Positions 27,380 through 41,508 of a DNA stretch of 64,000 nt are shown in pieces. The position numbers and the translations under genes are program-made. Position 1 is the first letter of the stretch; each line of letters starts with the position of its first letter. The stretch comes from Octopus sinensis (lineage: Eukaryota): positions 4,154,001 through 4,218,000 of the forward strand of contig NC_043007.1 in NCBI RefSeq assembly GCF_006345805.1. The letters run 5' to 3'. The notes under the pieces were generated by a model, which did not search any database, was not told the origin of the DNA, and saw only the letters and a list, made by a program, of their open reading frames with translations.

Positions 27380-27840
27380 ATAAGTGACTGAGACCTTTAG
27401 TGATATGTTGTGCTTGAGAAGACACATCAAGCCAAGTGAAATCATAGTTATGGCCAATGCTGATGTCACGTAACTGGCACTCGTGCCAGTGGCACTTAAA
27501 GAGCACCTTTTGAGTGTTGGGCCTCATGGAGGCAATGAAGAATGACCGAGATCTTTGGCATTATGTCGTGCTTGAGAAGAAGAAGACCCATCAAGCCGAG
27601 CAAACTCAGTCATGGAAGATACTGGTGTCATGCAAATGGCACCCAGGCCAGTGGTACATAAAAGCACCCATTACACTCTCAGAATGGTTGGTGTCAGGAA
27701 GGGCATCCAGCTGTAGAAACTCTGCCAGATCAGACTGGAGCCTGGTGCAGCCTCCCAGCGTACAAGCCCTGGTCAAACTGTCCAACTCATGCCAGCATGG
27801 ACAACAGACGTTAAATGATGATGATGATGATGATGATCAT
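27380..27840 (+). mobile_element. RTE LINE 3' UTR/tail with internal duplication
   Basis: aaaagcacc...ggaagggcatccagctgtagaaac...gccagcatgga...(gat)n; same tail is attached to RT at 62522-63712. Confidence 0.7.
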
Positions 27841-28017
27841 AATGATGATAAAACAATCTTCTTTCAGTTTCTGTCCATCAAATTCATTCACAAGGCTTCG
27901 GTTGGTCAGAGGCAAAAGACATGGGACTGAATCTAAAACTATGAAGTTGAGAAGTGAACTTCTTAATCACAAAGCCATGCTTGTATATACTTATAGATAT
28001 GCACTCATACAGCTTAG

Positions 28018-28048
<31 letters not shown>

Positions 28049-28419
28049 CTTATGTTTTATCGTCATCATCATCATCATCGTTTTTGCATTTACTCGTCCA
28101 TGCTTCCATGAAGCAGATGAAACTTTGTTGCAATAGAATTTACTGTTGGCCTCCACCCTTCCTAACACCGACCTACACCTGTTTCCAAGCAAGACGGTAA
28201 TTCGCCCAGCAGGTTCATACTTGGGGACTACAGACAAATGACAATGCATAAACAGTGACACTATGCTTATAATCCGCAGGCATGTTATGGCATGCCTGTA
28301 GCATCTCCTTGCAACTTGAATGTGTGTGTGATTATTCTGTGTGTATGTATATGTCTCTGTGTATGTATATGTGTGTGTGTATGCTATATGCATACGTGTA
28401 ATTGTATCAAGTGTGTGGT

Positions 28420-28560
28420 GTTGCACTCACAATCGCGAGATCATGGTTTCAGTTCCTAGACCGGATGAGGTATTGTGTTCTTGAGCAAAACACTTCATCT
28501 CATGTTGCTCTCCAATCCTTTTGACACCTGATGCCGGGTGCCCCATGCTCCTGTTCTACC
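28420..28560 (+). mobile_element. SINE family D fragment
   Basis: gagatcatggtttcagttcc...ttgtgttcttgagcaaaacacttca; related copies at about 52330-52480 (-) and 63790-63960 (-). Confidence 0.5.
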
Positions 28561-28829
28561 TCAGTGAGGCCAAATTCTCAAAAGGTGTTCTTTAGGTGCC
28601 CCTAGCACGAGTGCCAGTTATATGACATCAGCATTGGCCATGACTATGATTTCACTTGGCTTGATGAGTCTTCTCAAGCACAGCATATCACCAAAGGTCT
28701 CAGTCACTTATATCTTCCCACCCTCTCTCTCTATGTGTGTGTATATATATATATATATATATAGTGAGCTAATGAACAGCACATACATTTGATCCCTATA
28801 AACAAGTTATTTGTGCAGGTTGTCCGGCA

Positions 28830-29960
28830 AAAAGCTGAGCACTTTGATGGGACAGTCCATCGATTGTATTGTGTATGTATCCCAGGAAGCACAAATTGAA
28901 TATCTCTAGAATATTTTACAAATTGCTGCTTTAATACTAATCAACTGGATTTAGATGATGTGAATCTGTTTGTTCTGTTCTTTCGTGTTAAACTCCATCA
29001 TCTCTGGGCATTCATGTGCATCTGCTGTTTCATAGCAAAGTGCACCAATGATAAGGAGTACAAACGGTAATATATCAACTTGATACAAGGGCAGTTGTGA
29101 ATTCCAGTCATAATAGATGTTCTCTTTTACCCCAATTTTAGATAAGACATTTACATATGCCGGGGAAGCTAACCCCTACAGTAGTGCATAACTTTTGTTC
29201 CCTACCCCATAAAAATTTATGTTGTGTTTTCACCAAATTGCTATTTTTATTGGAATGTTCCACCAGAAATCCTTACCATTAAGTGTCCATTCTTGCCCTG
29301 GTATCTTTTTGACAGATCATAAGGACAATCTGTCCTGGGGTTATCATTGTAAATAGTTTTGGGAACAATGTCATGTCTTGTAGGTAGGCAGTACCTTACA
29401 GGCATTCTGGGAAACAACTAATGATGTTGGTGATATCTTTTATGATGGAATGGCACAATTAGCATTTTCTGTAGTTATACAAGATTGCCAGCATCCTCGA
29501 CTCTTTTACTAATCAGATTTTACTATCTATTCCTGTTTCTTCAATAGTGAGGGCATATTCTTCATGGTGTAAGTTGACAAACCTGTCACAGATTCAGAAG
29601 TTTTTCATCTTGTTAATGTTCTTGGTATTTTCCTGTGTGTGGCTGCTTATGTATTAATGCAAAACTTGGTACTGATTTGATGAGGGTTCCTCCCTTGAGC
29701 TCCTGTTAATGTCAGATAGTTCAGTTACTCTGTACAGTTCTACATCCAGATTATCATATTCAGGAGTTCTTCACTTACTCCTTAAGATGTTATTAATTTC
29801 ATTGGAGGGTACTGATTTCTTTCTTTACTGTTCAGTAGGTATTGACTAAGTGATACAATTGGGTACCCAAAAGGCCATTTGGACTGAACTTATACTTTTG
29901 CCTCCTCTTTGTCTAATGTTGTTAGTGCCTCTGTCAATTGTCCAAGCTGTGGATCACTTC
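28830..29960 (-). mobile_element. R4/Dong-like non-LTR retrotransposon 3' part (CCHC knuckle and restriction-like endonuclease), decayed
   Basis: Minus with stops/frameshifts: EEYALTIEE, C.LC...DITNIISC.P, RHDIVPKTIY, REQKLCTTV.VS.PAYVN...KENIY...IIGALCY. Confidence 0.7.
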
Positions 29961-30892
29961 AAATGTTCTGTTTAATAACCTAAATGTATTTATAAGCATT
30001 TAAGAATGAGTGAGTGTATGTATGAATATGTGTATGTATGTGTAGCTTCCTTTCTATATACTTTTTTTTTTCTTAACTGAAGTTATAAGTTTATCATGAC
30101 TGGCTGCTTGCTCAGCAGCAAGGTTGTAAAAAGAAGATTCCCCCTCCCCTCAAAGCTTTATACTTTAAGGCAGCATTTTTATTGTTGCTGATATTCTGAA
30201 CATCTGTAGCAAGTGAATTATAGAGCTACATTCTTTCTCCAAAACTCCAAGTGCAGCCTTTTGATCTTTGCAGCTTAGTACACACCTTGCTGGTTCAATA
30301 ATAATAATAATAATAATAATAATGGGTATAAAGTTGAAAGTGTCATTTGGTTACTGGATGTGTAAGCTCCACATCAATATTCCATAGATATATAATTATA
30401 AACGATCCAGATGATCATAAAATCAGGAACAATAAAAATCTGAAGGACTACCTTAAAATATAAGGATAACTCTTTGCAACAACAGTTGACAAACATTTTG
30501 TTTGTGGATGGGGGAGTTGGGTGTTGATTCTTTGTTTTTGGCCATTTTGCTTACCACATTGACATCAAGTGAGAAAATGACTTCCAAAATGCAGAACATT
30601 TTTATTTTGTGGTCCTTAACATCACATATTTTAATTTGGTTGCTGTTCTTCTTCTATGGTTCCACCAGTACTCTTTTGATCCTTCATTCTTCAATATATT
30701 TATTCATAATTCGTTGCTATTTTTTTTTTTCCTTCTTACACTATTCTAGATTGTTCTGGTTATCACATCATGTATTTTTGAAACTATTTTATCGAAAGGA
30801 CATTCTCTCACAGTTGACAATGATTTGGCTAATACCTCCAGTGCTCATTATGAATAAACTACAATTGTTGTCAGCTGAAATTTTACATCATC

Positions 30893-31150
30893 ATCATCAT
30901 CATTGTTTAACATCCATTTTCCATGCTAGCATGGGTTGGACGGTTCGACCAGGGTCTGAGAAGCCAGGAGGCTACACCAGGCCCACTCTGATCTGGCAGT
31001 GTTTCTGCAGCTGGATGCCCTTCCTAATGCCAACCACTCCGTGAGTGTAGTGGGTGCTTTTTATGTGCCACCAGCACAGGTGCCAGGCGAGGCTGACAAC
31101 GGCCACGATTGGTTTGTGCTTTTTATGTGCCACCGGCACGGAGGCCTGCA
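30893..31150 (-). mobile_element. RTE 3' tail copy
   Basis: (cat)n-tttaacatcc..ttccatgctagcatgggttggac...ctggatgcccttcctaatgcc. Confidence 0.75.
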
Positions 31151-31764
31151 CCTGGATTACATGGAGGTAACATTTGAGGTGAGATATTATCAATTTGCCA
31201 ACACTCCATGCTGGGCTATAGTGGGATTTAATCTTTCAGTTTTCTCGTCTTTCTTTATTTCAAGTGCTCATGTACAGCCTTATCAAAGAACTGATCTGTA
31301 TTCCTTTACTTTGTTGTTAAATAGGATTTTTCAATGTTCCTTGGGAAAAGATCTGTGTCAGCTTTTATTTCATGTCTCTTCCTGGAAGTCTCTATTCTAA
31401 TGGTGTTCCTAATTTTATGTTTGAAAACTTAAGTGAAACAAGAACTGACCTTTTTTCCAACCAGAGAAGTTGCTTCAGTTTTACACTCTAGGTAATATAT
31501 GATGTCAATACAGATCTAAGGTCACAAGTGAATATATAATCTTGGTAAATTAATCTCTCTATGTGTCTACTGACGTTGAAATTTCAATCAACATTGAGTA
31601 CTTTTTAAATTCTTAAAGCCAGTCGAGGCGGTGCTGGCATCGGCCACGAGTCGGATAGTGCTTTTTACGTACCACCAGACCAGGGATCCTGGCTGGTTCA
31701 ATTCGATTTCGATTTCGCTTGCCCCAACATGTCTTCACAAGCAAAGGGGGTTGGCATGGGTGCC

Positions 31765-31808
<44 letters not shown>

Positions 31809-34624
31809 TAGAGAGAGAGAGAATGGGAGAGAGATGAGTTATGTTTCTGGATTCAGAATAACTGTCTCTACAAACACTATTCCACATAAGCTGGTATGAT
31901 AACGGATTTAACAAGAGAACAGCACTGCTGACAATCAATCACCCTGTAGGATGCCTTTTTGATAATGTGTGATATCAGATATGATTTGTTTGTTGTCAAG
32001 TAAAGTGGTATATCAAATCTTTGGTTAGGTGTTGAATAGCAGCCACCAATGGTTGTAGAACTTTGGCTAAATTACAAAGCTTTGATTATTCACGAGAGTG
32101 AAGTTTTTGTGGTTTTTTTCCTATATTTTCCTGTATCATTTTCCTGATTAGTAATTGCTTTACACCATACCATACTTCCTTCCTTACTAGAGTTTGCTCA
32201 GTAGTTATGATACTGATGATGGCATAATGATCTTGTAAGAAACAAAAAGGAGGCATCTAATGCATATCTAATGCATAATACTCTGGTATACTGCTGAGTA
32301 GAGATTTTAGCTTGAGTAGTTTGGCTATTTTTTTTATGAAAAAATAATGGTAGTGTTGACAACCATTTCAACACATCTAATATATTCTTGATGCTCCTTT
32401 CATGCAATGCTATCAAATCTCAGTAATAAAAAATGATATCCGTAAACCAATATCCTTTTATAAGATCTGGGCCAAGAGATTTTCTGTTTTGTCATTTTCT
32501 TTAGGACTGATTTCAGTTCTGTGTAATATTTTATGTTATTTTCATTCCACAGGTTCTATTCTTCCATCTTAACAGCTTACTTTTTGAACTTCACATTTCT
32601 TCCAATGACTTTCAACTTATTCTTCTGATAGGGGTGTGTCTTTTTTTAAAGAGGTTGTAATATTTACATTGAAATTACAATAGAGTAATTAGCATCTCTG
32701 TCTATTCAGCATTTATATTTTTGCCAGGCTTATCACTTAGCTTGGTGGCTCTGTCTATATAGAACTGCTTTGCTTTTGTGTGACTGTCATTTTAGCTGGG
32801 GGGCTTACACCAGCTACAGATCTGTTCTGTTACCATCCATAGATTTACATACACACACACGCATGCATGCATGCGTGTGCATAGATCTGGTAATATATAT
32901 ATAAACATGTTAGTGCATGTTCTGACAGTATGGAAGTCATATCTTGCAGAATGTGTCTAGCATAACCAACTCTTGAACATCCTTACTGCTGTACTAAAAC
33001 AATATTGAAACATTAAGGTTGTAATAAGAATCAACACTCATTGATTCCTGCTATTTTCTTGTAGGTGCATGGGGTGGGTGGGGGGTAATATGAAGCATAA
33101 GTAAGGTCAAGGCTTAGATTTCTGATTAGTGCTAATGACTGATTCCACACAATTACAAAACCTGCCTCAGTCTTATGGCATGGCCTTTCTTGACAAAACT
33201 AGTCCTGAGAGTTGAGTTGGTAGTGTCTTGGGAAAGCAATAGGTACCAAACACATGAAAGAAATGGCCTGGAATATGAAAAAAACCTAGGGAATCAGATA
33301 TGACAAATAGATGGCAGTATACAATGTGTCCAGTAGAGGTGGGTTTGTACACAGACCATTACTGTCTTACCTGGCTGGCATTTATTTGGCTTAGAATGAA
33401 TAGCAGACTGTTGGTGGAAACAAGGGATGCTTCATCATGGATATGGTAGAGACATGTGAGAGAAAGACTATTGATGAGAGCCGAAAGACAATGTTCAGCA
33501 AGTAATGAAACAAAATAGATGCTCCATCACTGATGTGGCTATAGTTTACTGTGGTCTGAGGTGGTCATTGAATAGATAACAGGAGGAGCAAAACTTCAAA
33601 TGCTACAATGCAACCAAAAGAACTTGAACATTTCATTGTCGTGTCAGTGCTGCTTAGCACCACTGGAAGGAGCTATTCTGTTAAAAAGTACTGAATTCTT
33701 TATAAATAGTCAACTGGGAGCTGGTTAAATAAATATCTTGTAGTACAATGTTGCAGATACTTCCATTGGTATTTATTGAGGAAAGCTTGCTACCAAATGA
33801 TAGCAATTTTTATTTCTTATGCAATGGCTTTGCTATACCCTGAAGGACAGTCCGATTTTTCAAAAATGCTCTAAAAGGACATATCACTCAAGATTCGACT
33901 CCCCTGGTTATGTGCCTTTTGGACATGGTATAAAAAGGAAACTCCACCATAGCCATCACTTGCGAACATGTATGGCCTAGTAACATGTCCAATGCTTTCT
34001 TTAATTGTCTTAGGTGTTTATGGAGCTACAAATTGACATAGACACCCCTTTGATCTGCCCTCCATTGACCCTGCAGAACATCAAAAATGTGACAGCTGGA
34101 GGGGTGGGTGGGGAGAGACGGGGGGCTACATATGTGTACTTGGTTGGTGGTCATCTTCAGTTGAATAGAATGGAACAGCATGAAATAAATGACCTTGCTC
34201 AAGAACACAATCTGCCACACTAGAACGCATCTTATTGAAGGGATGAATATACGTCACATGTTTTAACACACCTATTGATTATCAGATAGAAATATCACGT
34301 GCTTCTGCACTTGGTAAGGAACAAATGAAAGTGCAATGCTTCCCAACAGATTGTCAACCAATCAAATCTTGATGGGCCGCTAACCCATCATATTTCGATG
34401 TGTTTTGAATGTTTCCCTTTATATTTTGTCACACTCTGTTACTCTTCATTAATTGTTTCAACAACCAAATGCATGGAAGTTGGATTTATGATTCAAGAAG
34501 CTTTAGTTTCCAATAATAATAATAATAATAATAATGATGATAATAATAATAATAATATAATAATAATAATGATGATGATGATTTCAAATTTTGGCACAAG
34601 GCCAACATATTCGAGGGAGGGGTT

Positions 34625-35150
34625 AGGTTGATGGGTCAAGGGCTTTTCCTGGCTTCATACCCTTAATTGCTTTATCTACTAGGGAGCTGTCTATATGGAT
34701 AGCTGGTCCTTCTACTGGGTTAACATTTGGAAGGCTTTCCTCCTGCCATTCATTCTTCACATCCAACAGTCTTTCATAATGGCTTCTCCAAGCCTCTTTC
34801 TTTTCAGAATCACTAAAAGCAAGTGCACCATCATATATTCGAACACATTTCTCTCCTGTGACATCACAATTTTCTCTCACACGCTGTCTAGAAATCCGAA
34901 ATACCTCAGTTCTTTGGTCCTCACGTCTCTGGACATTGGCTAATTTATTTTCCGCTTAATTCTTGGCTATCTATACTTGCCACCCAGCCTCCCTTCTGGC
35001 TACATGGTACTGTTCCCTGCTACCACCATCCTTCCAGGCTTTCCAGGCCTGTTTCTTTGCCCCAATGGCTTTGTCTACCGTACTATTCCACCACCACGTA
35101 ACTCTGCGTCTGGAAGGGACTTTGCACCATATATCTATATAAACAAATTT
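34625..35150 (-). mobile_element. RTE LINE internal fragment (pre-RT)
   Basis: EKKEAWRSHYERLLDVKNEW..ESLPNVNPVEGPAI.ID..LVDKAIKGMKPGKA. Confidence 0.8.
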
Positions 35151-35394
35151 TGGAAGTATCGAATGTGGTTGCAGACAAGAAAGTAAATTTTGAATGCAGT
35201 AAAGTTATAAGATGGAATTGAGTAACTTTTGCTTCCTTTGTAATCATAAATGTTCACTAATCCATATATGTATATTGGTATCATCATTACGGTTATTATG
35301 TTAATTATGATTTATTGTTAAATCAGCAATTTAGCATATGCTTTACAACCTTGTTTATAACCTTTTTCTCAAAATGTTTGGTCTCGGGAATTTA

Positions 35395-35729
35395 AAAGAA
35401 GATTATCAAGACAAAACTTCAGTTTTTGTGGAAAGCACTTATACAATTTGGAGCCTTTAAATGTCAAACCATTGGAGGATAAATTCCTGATATATGAGAG
35501 TATGAAAAATTTTGGGGATCTGACAGTACCTTTGATTAGCCTTAATTTTTCCTTATATTTATATGCCAAAATTTGGAGCAAATCCTTCAGAATCTACTCG
35601 TTGTATATATGTATATACATCAACACTGTTCTTGTTAAATGCAATGGTTTAACATTTAAAGGTTCAAAGCTGTCCAACTGCCTTCCAGAAGAACTGAAAC
35701 TTTGAAAAGATGACGAGATAATCTTCTTT
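35395..35729. repeat. Imperfect inverted repeat (arms about 80 bp), MITE-like
   Basis: 35395-35474 is the reverse complement of 35642-35729; both strands translate to NGLTFKGSKL. Confidence 0.65.
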
Positions 35730-36351
35730 ATAATGTCAATATATATATTTCATTAGAAAATAAAGTTTCTTGATTCATAACTCCAACAAAAAGTGCTGAG
35801 TAATCGTCCAGTTTAATGTAAAATTGTTTTTATTATAGCTTGACATAATAACATACAAACACACACACATATGCGTGTGCGAGAGTGAATGGATGAATGA
35901 ATGAGAGCAGAGCATCCCCCAATATTTCAGAGTGGAAGGAAACCTAGTAAATGTTCTCATTAGTTAACTCTGACTTATCTTCTTCTCCACCCCATGAAAG
36001 GTTGTGGTTAAGGGCCAAGATACTAGACGCCATATTTGTGAAGAGCAGTTTAAATTAAGAGTTTACAGCATTGCTATGTTCCTCTTGACAAACGTTCTCA
36101 GTCTCCCCCCCCCCACTGCCGATCATCAACTTTTGGTGAATTAATGACAAACAAGTTGCCTTTGGAAAAAGATTCATTGGAAGATATATAACTACATGTG
36201 TATTACAAATGGATTTGGTGATCATAATTGTATAGTATGGGGCAGAGGGTTTTCAATCCATAATGGAGGATGTTGAATTTTGTGGTGTCAAAAGACGTAT
36301 TGCAAAATAGTATATGGCCCCTAGATGTTGTTGAGGATGGTGGAGTATATA

Positions 36352-36500
<149 letters not shown>

Positions 36501-36502
36501 AT

Positions 36503-36905
36503 CATCATCATCATTTAATGCCTGTTGTCCATGCTGGGATGGGTTGAACAGTTTGACCAGGCTGGCATGCTGGAAGGCTACACAAGTCTCCAGTCTGATT
36601 TGGCATGGTCTTCTGTAGCTGGATGCCCTTCCTAATGCCAATCACTCTGAAAGTGTAATGGGTGCTTTTATGTGCCACCGGTGTGGGTGCCGTTTGCGTG
36701 ACACCGGGCTGCTCTTATGTGCCACCAGCATGGGTGCCAATTTGCATGATACCAGTATCTGCCATGCCTGCAATTTCGCTCACCTTGATGGATCTTCTTC
36801 TCAAGCACAATATAATGCCAAAGGTCTCGGTCATTGCCTCTTTGGGGCCCAACACTTGAAAGGAACTCAGCCACTTTGCCTCTGTGAAGCCCAATGTTCA
36901 TACAT
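36503..36905 (-). mobile_element. RTE 3' UTR/tail copy
   Basis: Same tail family as 27380 and 62522. Confidence 0.75.
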
Positions 36906-37909
36906 TCATTTGTTTTTGTTACCAGCATTACTTTTTAGTGTCTTCAGCATAGTTGTTGACTATTGATGGTTGTATGTGTTTGTATATATCCAAAAACATG
37001 ATGAAACACTAAGAGAGTCTTAGAGGCTCTCCCCTTATTTCTTCAGACATTTTCAGACAGAGTATCATTGAACTTTCATCAAAACCAGCAGCTGTGAGCC
37101 CAGTACTCCTGTTACGTTGAAATTAGCTGACCAAATCTTTTAATCTTTTATCAGTATAGTAGTATTTTTGTTTCTTTTGTAGCTTCAAAAATATTTATTT
37201 GGCATAAATGGAAAAATCCAAATACGTTACACTCTGAACCTAATCAGCACAGGCTTGTATCAAGCACTCTTAGACACCCATATGAAAGGAGCGTAAACAA
37301 ATATCATGCATATGTGTGTATTCGTGTATATATGCGTATATCTAAATGTGTACAGAATATATTTATCTTATATATTCTATACATTTTACTTGTAGGCTTC
37401 TGAAAACTTATGTTCTTCATGAAGAATAACTCATTAAAAAAAAAGGTAAGAAAATATTTCTTGAAAATGATTTTTATTATATTTTTAACAACAATTTTTG
37501 TTTTTTTAAACATGCAAAACACTACTTTTTAAAAATTAGTTGAAAATGTTAGATATTCCAGTTACTCTTATAATTCGCTATGTTTTGTGTCATACTTTTT
37601 GTTTTCTGTCTTCAATAAACTCTTAAAGCTTAAAAAGAAATTAGGGTGAGAGTGTTCTTAGATCAATACCACTTACATATATATATTTTTTCACCTTGTT
37701 ACTTTTCTCATATTTTCTTATACATACATATATTTATATTTAAAAAAAATTCTCTAACTGTTTACACAATGTCTCTGAGCACATAACCAATTATATTATT
37801 TTATATAAGTATCTAATCTTTTATGTATATTGAGCTGTCTGTTCCGTGTTTTTTGTCCTTACTTTTCTCTTGTGGATTTTGTATCCTGAGTTTTTGCTAC
37901 TTTGTGCGC

Positions 37910-38250
37910 AAAATGGTTGCAACAAAAGCATAGTTGTTAAGGTAAGAAATGTGTGGAAGATATTCAAGGAATTACTACCTACCTTGCCAGCAAAATGGTG
38001 GTTTCTCTTTCCGAGAAAAGGTAGATTGTATAAAGTATGCCATGCTGTATGGCAGAATGAAATATAGATATAGTTATTGGTTGTGGGTAATTTGTAAGGG
38101 TTGGTGAGGAATGGGTTGGCTGTGATACATTTGCTGTAATGAATTAGCTTCTATGAACAGTGCAACCCAGTATAATGGAATGTCTTTGGTGCATAGAGGC
38201 ATTTGTTGATGAGTTGAAGAGAGGCAACTGTATTCGTATGAGCATATAAG
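37910..38250 (+). mobile_element. Decayed RTE fragment
   Basis: GCNKSIVVKVRNVWKIFKELLP.L...KGRLY...AMLYG. Confidence 0.6.
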
Positions 38251-38259
38251 ATTGCTTAA

Positions 38260-38470
38260 GGCAGCGAGCTGGCAGAAGCGTTAGCACGCCGTGCAAAACG
38301 TTTATCAGTATTTTGTCTGCCGCTATGTTCTGAGTTCAAATTCCGCTGAGGTTGACTTTGCCTTTCATCTTTTCAGGGTCAATAAATTAAGTACCAGTTG
38401 CATACTGGGGTTGATCTAATTGACTGACCCCCTTCCCCGAAATTTCAGGCCTTGTGCCTAGAGTAGAAAA
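38260..38470 (+). mobile_element. SINE family B
   Basis: ggcagcgagctggcagaagcgttagcacgcc...tgagttcaaattccgc...ggccttgtgcctagagtagaaaag. Confidence 0.75.
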
Positions 38471-38989
38471 GCATATAAGATTGCTTGATTCTGCACAACT
38501 AAGCTCAAGTCCTCTGTCTCCTTTATCAAAATTCCTTTCTTAAGCCATTGAAATAATTTCTGATCTCAATACATTTTGAAAAAAAAAAAACTTTCCTTGT
38601 AAACTTTTCTGTGTACATCTTTCCTTTATAGCTCCATGTTTTTCTTCCTTCAGCCATCGTCTTCTCACCCTAACTGCTGTCCAAAATACTTCATCATTCT
38701 CAGCAATATTCTACCTTAAGTTCACTAACTCTAATTCTACACAGTCTTTGGTACTTATCAATTCTTTTTTCCCATTATTTCTGTTGAAATACGATATGCT
38801 AACGTCTACCTGTGGATGTAAGGCTCTGAAGATTGTCTGCAATCCCTTGTTTGCTACGTCCTCAAGGTCTTCTTTTCTTCATTTGGTTATTCCATCCTTG
38901 TATCACACGATTGAAATGTTTCCTGAGTTTACAGCAGTGACAATATTTAAAGCATTGAGTTTTACTTAGAAGTTTCCTCACCCATCAAA

Positions 38990-39330
38990 ACTATTCTAAC
39001 TTGATTTTGTCTTTCATTGTTTTGTCCTTTATACGATCAGCTTCCAAGTCTCCCAGAGATTTATATTCTTCCTTAGTACCAAATTTCCTGTATCTTCTCA
39101 CTGAGTACATTTTTTTTTTTCTGTTACAACCATATTTTTCTCTCCTCATTACAAGGGTTCCACATTTGGAAATACCAAGTTCTGTTCTTATCTCATTACT
39201 AAACATGCTCATGATACTGAGAAGGGTGACCAATTCCTTTCCAGCTTTGTCTTATAACTTAAGACCATCCACGAATAACATCCTTTGTTTTTTTCCTAAG
39301 TTATATCCAGCTTTTACTTTTCTTAATTCT
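38990..39330 (-). mobile_element. R4/Dong-like RT fragment
   Basis: Minus: LFVDGLKL (decayed FMDD), ELGISKCG, EYKSLGDLEADRIK..MKDKIK. Confidence 0.65.
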
Positions 39331-41162
39331 TGGGAGACTGGGATAAAAACTATGACAGACAGTAGGGGTGGTAGACTATCAACTTGGAAAACCCTCATCT
39401 ATTTTTACTTTTCCAAGTGGGTGTCCTTCTGTTGCTGGTTCTGCTAACTTCTATCAGTTCAGTGATGCTATTTGCAAAACTAGAGGACCACCATCTTGTC
39501 ATTGTTGTCATCATTGTCATCATCAGTGACCTCATCGCCATCATCATCATCATAGTTGTCGTTGCATGTATGTTTATTTTATTCTGGAGTTATAGCATTA
39601 CTAAATTAAATTTTCTTTGGAAGACTTGATAAAAACCATTATAATTACTTGAGGAAAGCCTGCTCTTGATATCCAAGGGTAGATAAAACAAGGAAGGTTT
39701 GCTTTTTTCAGACATTTCCCTCCTTATTTACATGCACATTTTTACTTTCAAAATGGTTGGCAAACATAAACATGGTACTCGACAAAACACTCCAACAAAT
39801 GGAAAAAACACACAAAAATTAAAATTAAAATACCTGACTGAATAAATAAAAAAAAGGAAAACAAGCATTTAAATGAACAATTAATAGATAAAAATATTTC
39901 AAACAGTTTACTAAGTAGTTTTAAAGATAATGATAGTGACAGCAGTCGTGGAAACATTCTCACTTTGAATCTCGCGTGCATTAACTGTGTTAAGGCTAAT
40001 CTTATCTGAATTATAACACAAACAAAAACAAACAGAATTTTTAGACTTAACAGTCAAAAAAAAAAAAAATGAAAAAAAATGTAGTAGGTAGAATTCTCTA
40101 AGATCAAACAGTTTCTTTGCCACAAACTCTAATCAAAGAAAGAATGATGAAAAATATTATATATTTGTGTTTTAGTAAAGCTAGAACTTATGTCAAGGTG
40201 AGCAACAAGCACTTCAGGACATTTGGAGAAAAAGTCTTTCTACTGCCAAAAAGAAGAATATATGGCACTATCTGCTGCACTTTCCAAACTAAAGACTCAG
40301 CCAAAAGATAGGATGAAATCGTTTGACACACTTCCATCCATACGTTTGTGCATGTGTCTCGTTGCCCTGCTCCACGGAGCTAAGAAATAAAAGAGATATG
40401 AAAAAGGATATAGATCTCTGGTTGGTCATCACTTTTGTATCACAGCAAGAGAGAGTAGTTAAAGCAGAGATAACAAAAGGCAACATGTGACTAGGGGTTA
40501 TGAAAATGATTTTGAAAGTCCTTATAAAACCTGATGGCCACAGAGCCATACTGGAACTGTGACCAGTCGAGAGTACCGAGGCAAATGGTATGAGATTGAT
40601 GGTACAAGATAAATAGCCCAGATGCTGCACTTATTGTTTTAGGAACCACTTCAGAGGCTCTTGAACAAAAGAACTGGAAAAATGAGGCAAGAAAACCAGA
40701 AACAGAAGTAATAGGGACCAGCTGAGACAGCTGACTGGAGCAAGAAACTCGTTTCCAGAGAAGCATCAGTCCAAACTCTGGGAATAACAAAAGAAGTAAC
40801 ATTATGCCTTGTTCTGGAAACAAGTGAACAAACGTCTTGTCCCTGAATTGTAGCAGCCAGTGGCACCACTCGTTCATCATGTGACAAGGAAGAAATTATG
40901 ATTGTTGAGAAAAGGGTATTAACTGATGAATCCAACACAAAAAAGGAAAAAAATAAAAAATCTCAAAAAAGGGAAAGTCAATATAATACACCTTAAAACA
41001 GGTGAGAAGCAACAACTTCCACAAAACAACAAAGATGTGACTCTTCGAAACAAAGAAGATGAAGAGGAGGATGGTGATTTGAGATTGGATGCCCTTTAAA
41101 AATCAAATTAGACTGGTAAAATGTTATTGTTTGTCTGAAGCATTGTATATGGTATGTGACAT

Positions 41163-41508
41163 TGAAAGAGATAGAAGGCTGAACAATGCAAAATGGACTG
41201 GAAGATGAGGTAAGGAAATTTAAGTCAGTTTACCTGGTAATCATTGTTTTGATTTTTGCTTTTACTGTTGTTATTGTTGGTCTTATATGTGTCCATGCAC
41301 ACACACGCATGCATGCAACAGGGTTCTTTCAGTTTTTGCCTATCAGATCTACTTACAATGCTGTGGTCAGCCAGGCACATATAAGACCAACAGTAACCAC
41401 GATATAAAAACAAAAATCAAAACAAAAGATTACCAGGTAACTGACTTTTAATTTTCGTTACCTTATCTTCCACTTCATTTTGCGTTGTTTAGCCTTCTAT
41501 CTCTTTCA
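41163..41508. repeat. Inverted repeat, arms about 130 bp, spacer about 80 bp
   Basis: 41163-41293 is the reverse complement of 41376-41508; third copy at 45458-45593. Confidence 0.8.

Noticed and set aside
30502-31044. 180-aa hydrophobic ORF
   Set aside because: T-rich sequence plus RTE tail; no recognisable motif
37880-37950. Exon with strong AAG|gtaaga donor
   Set aside because: Sequence belongs to an RTE remnant (SIVVKVRNVWK)
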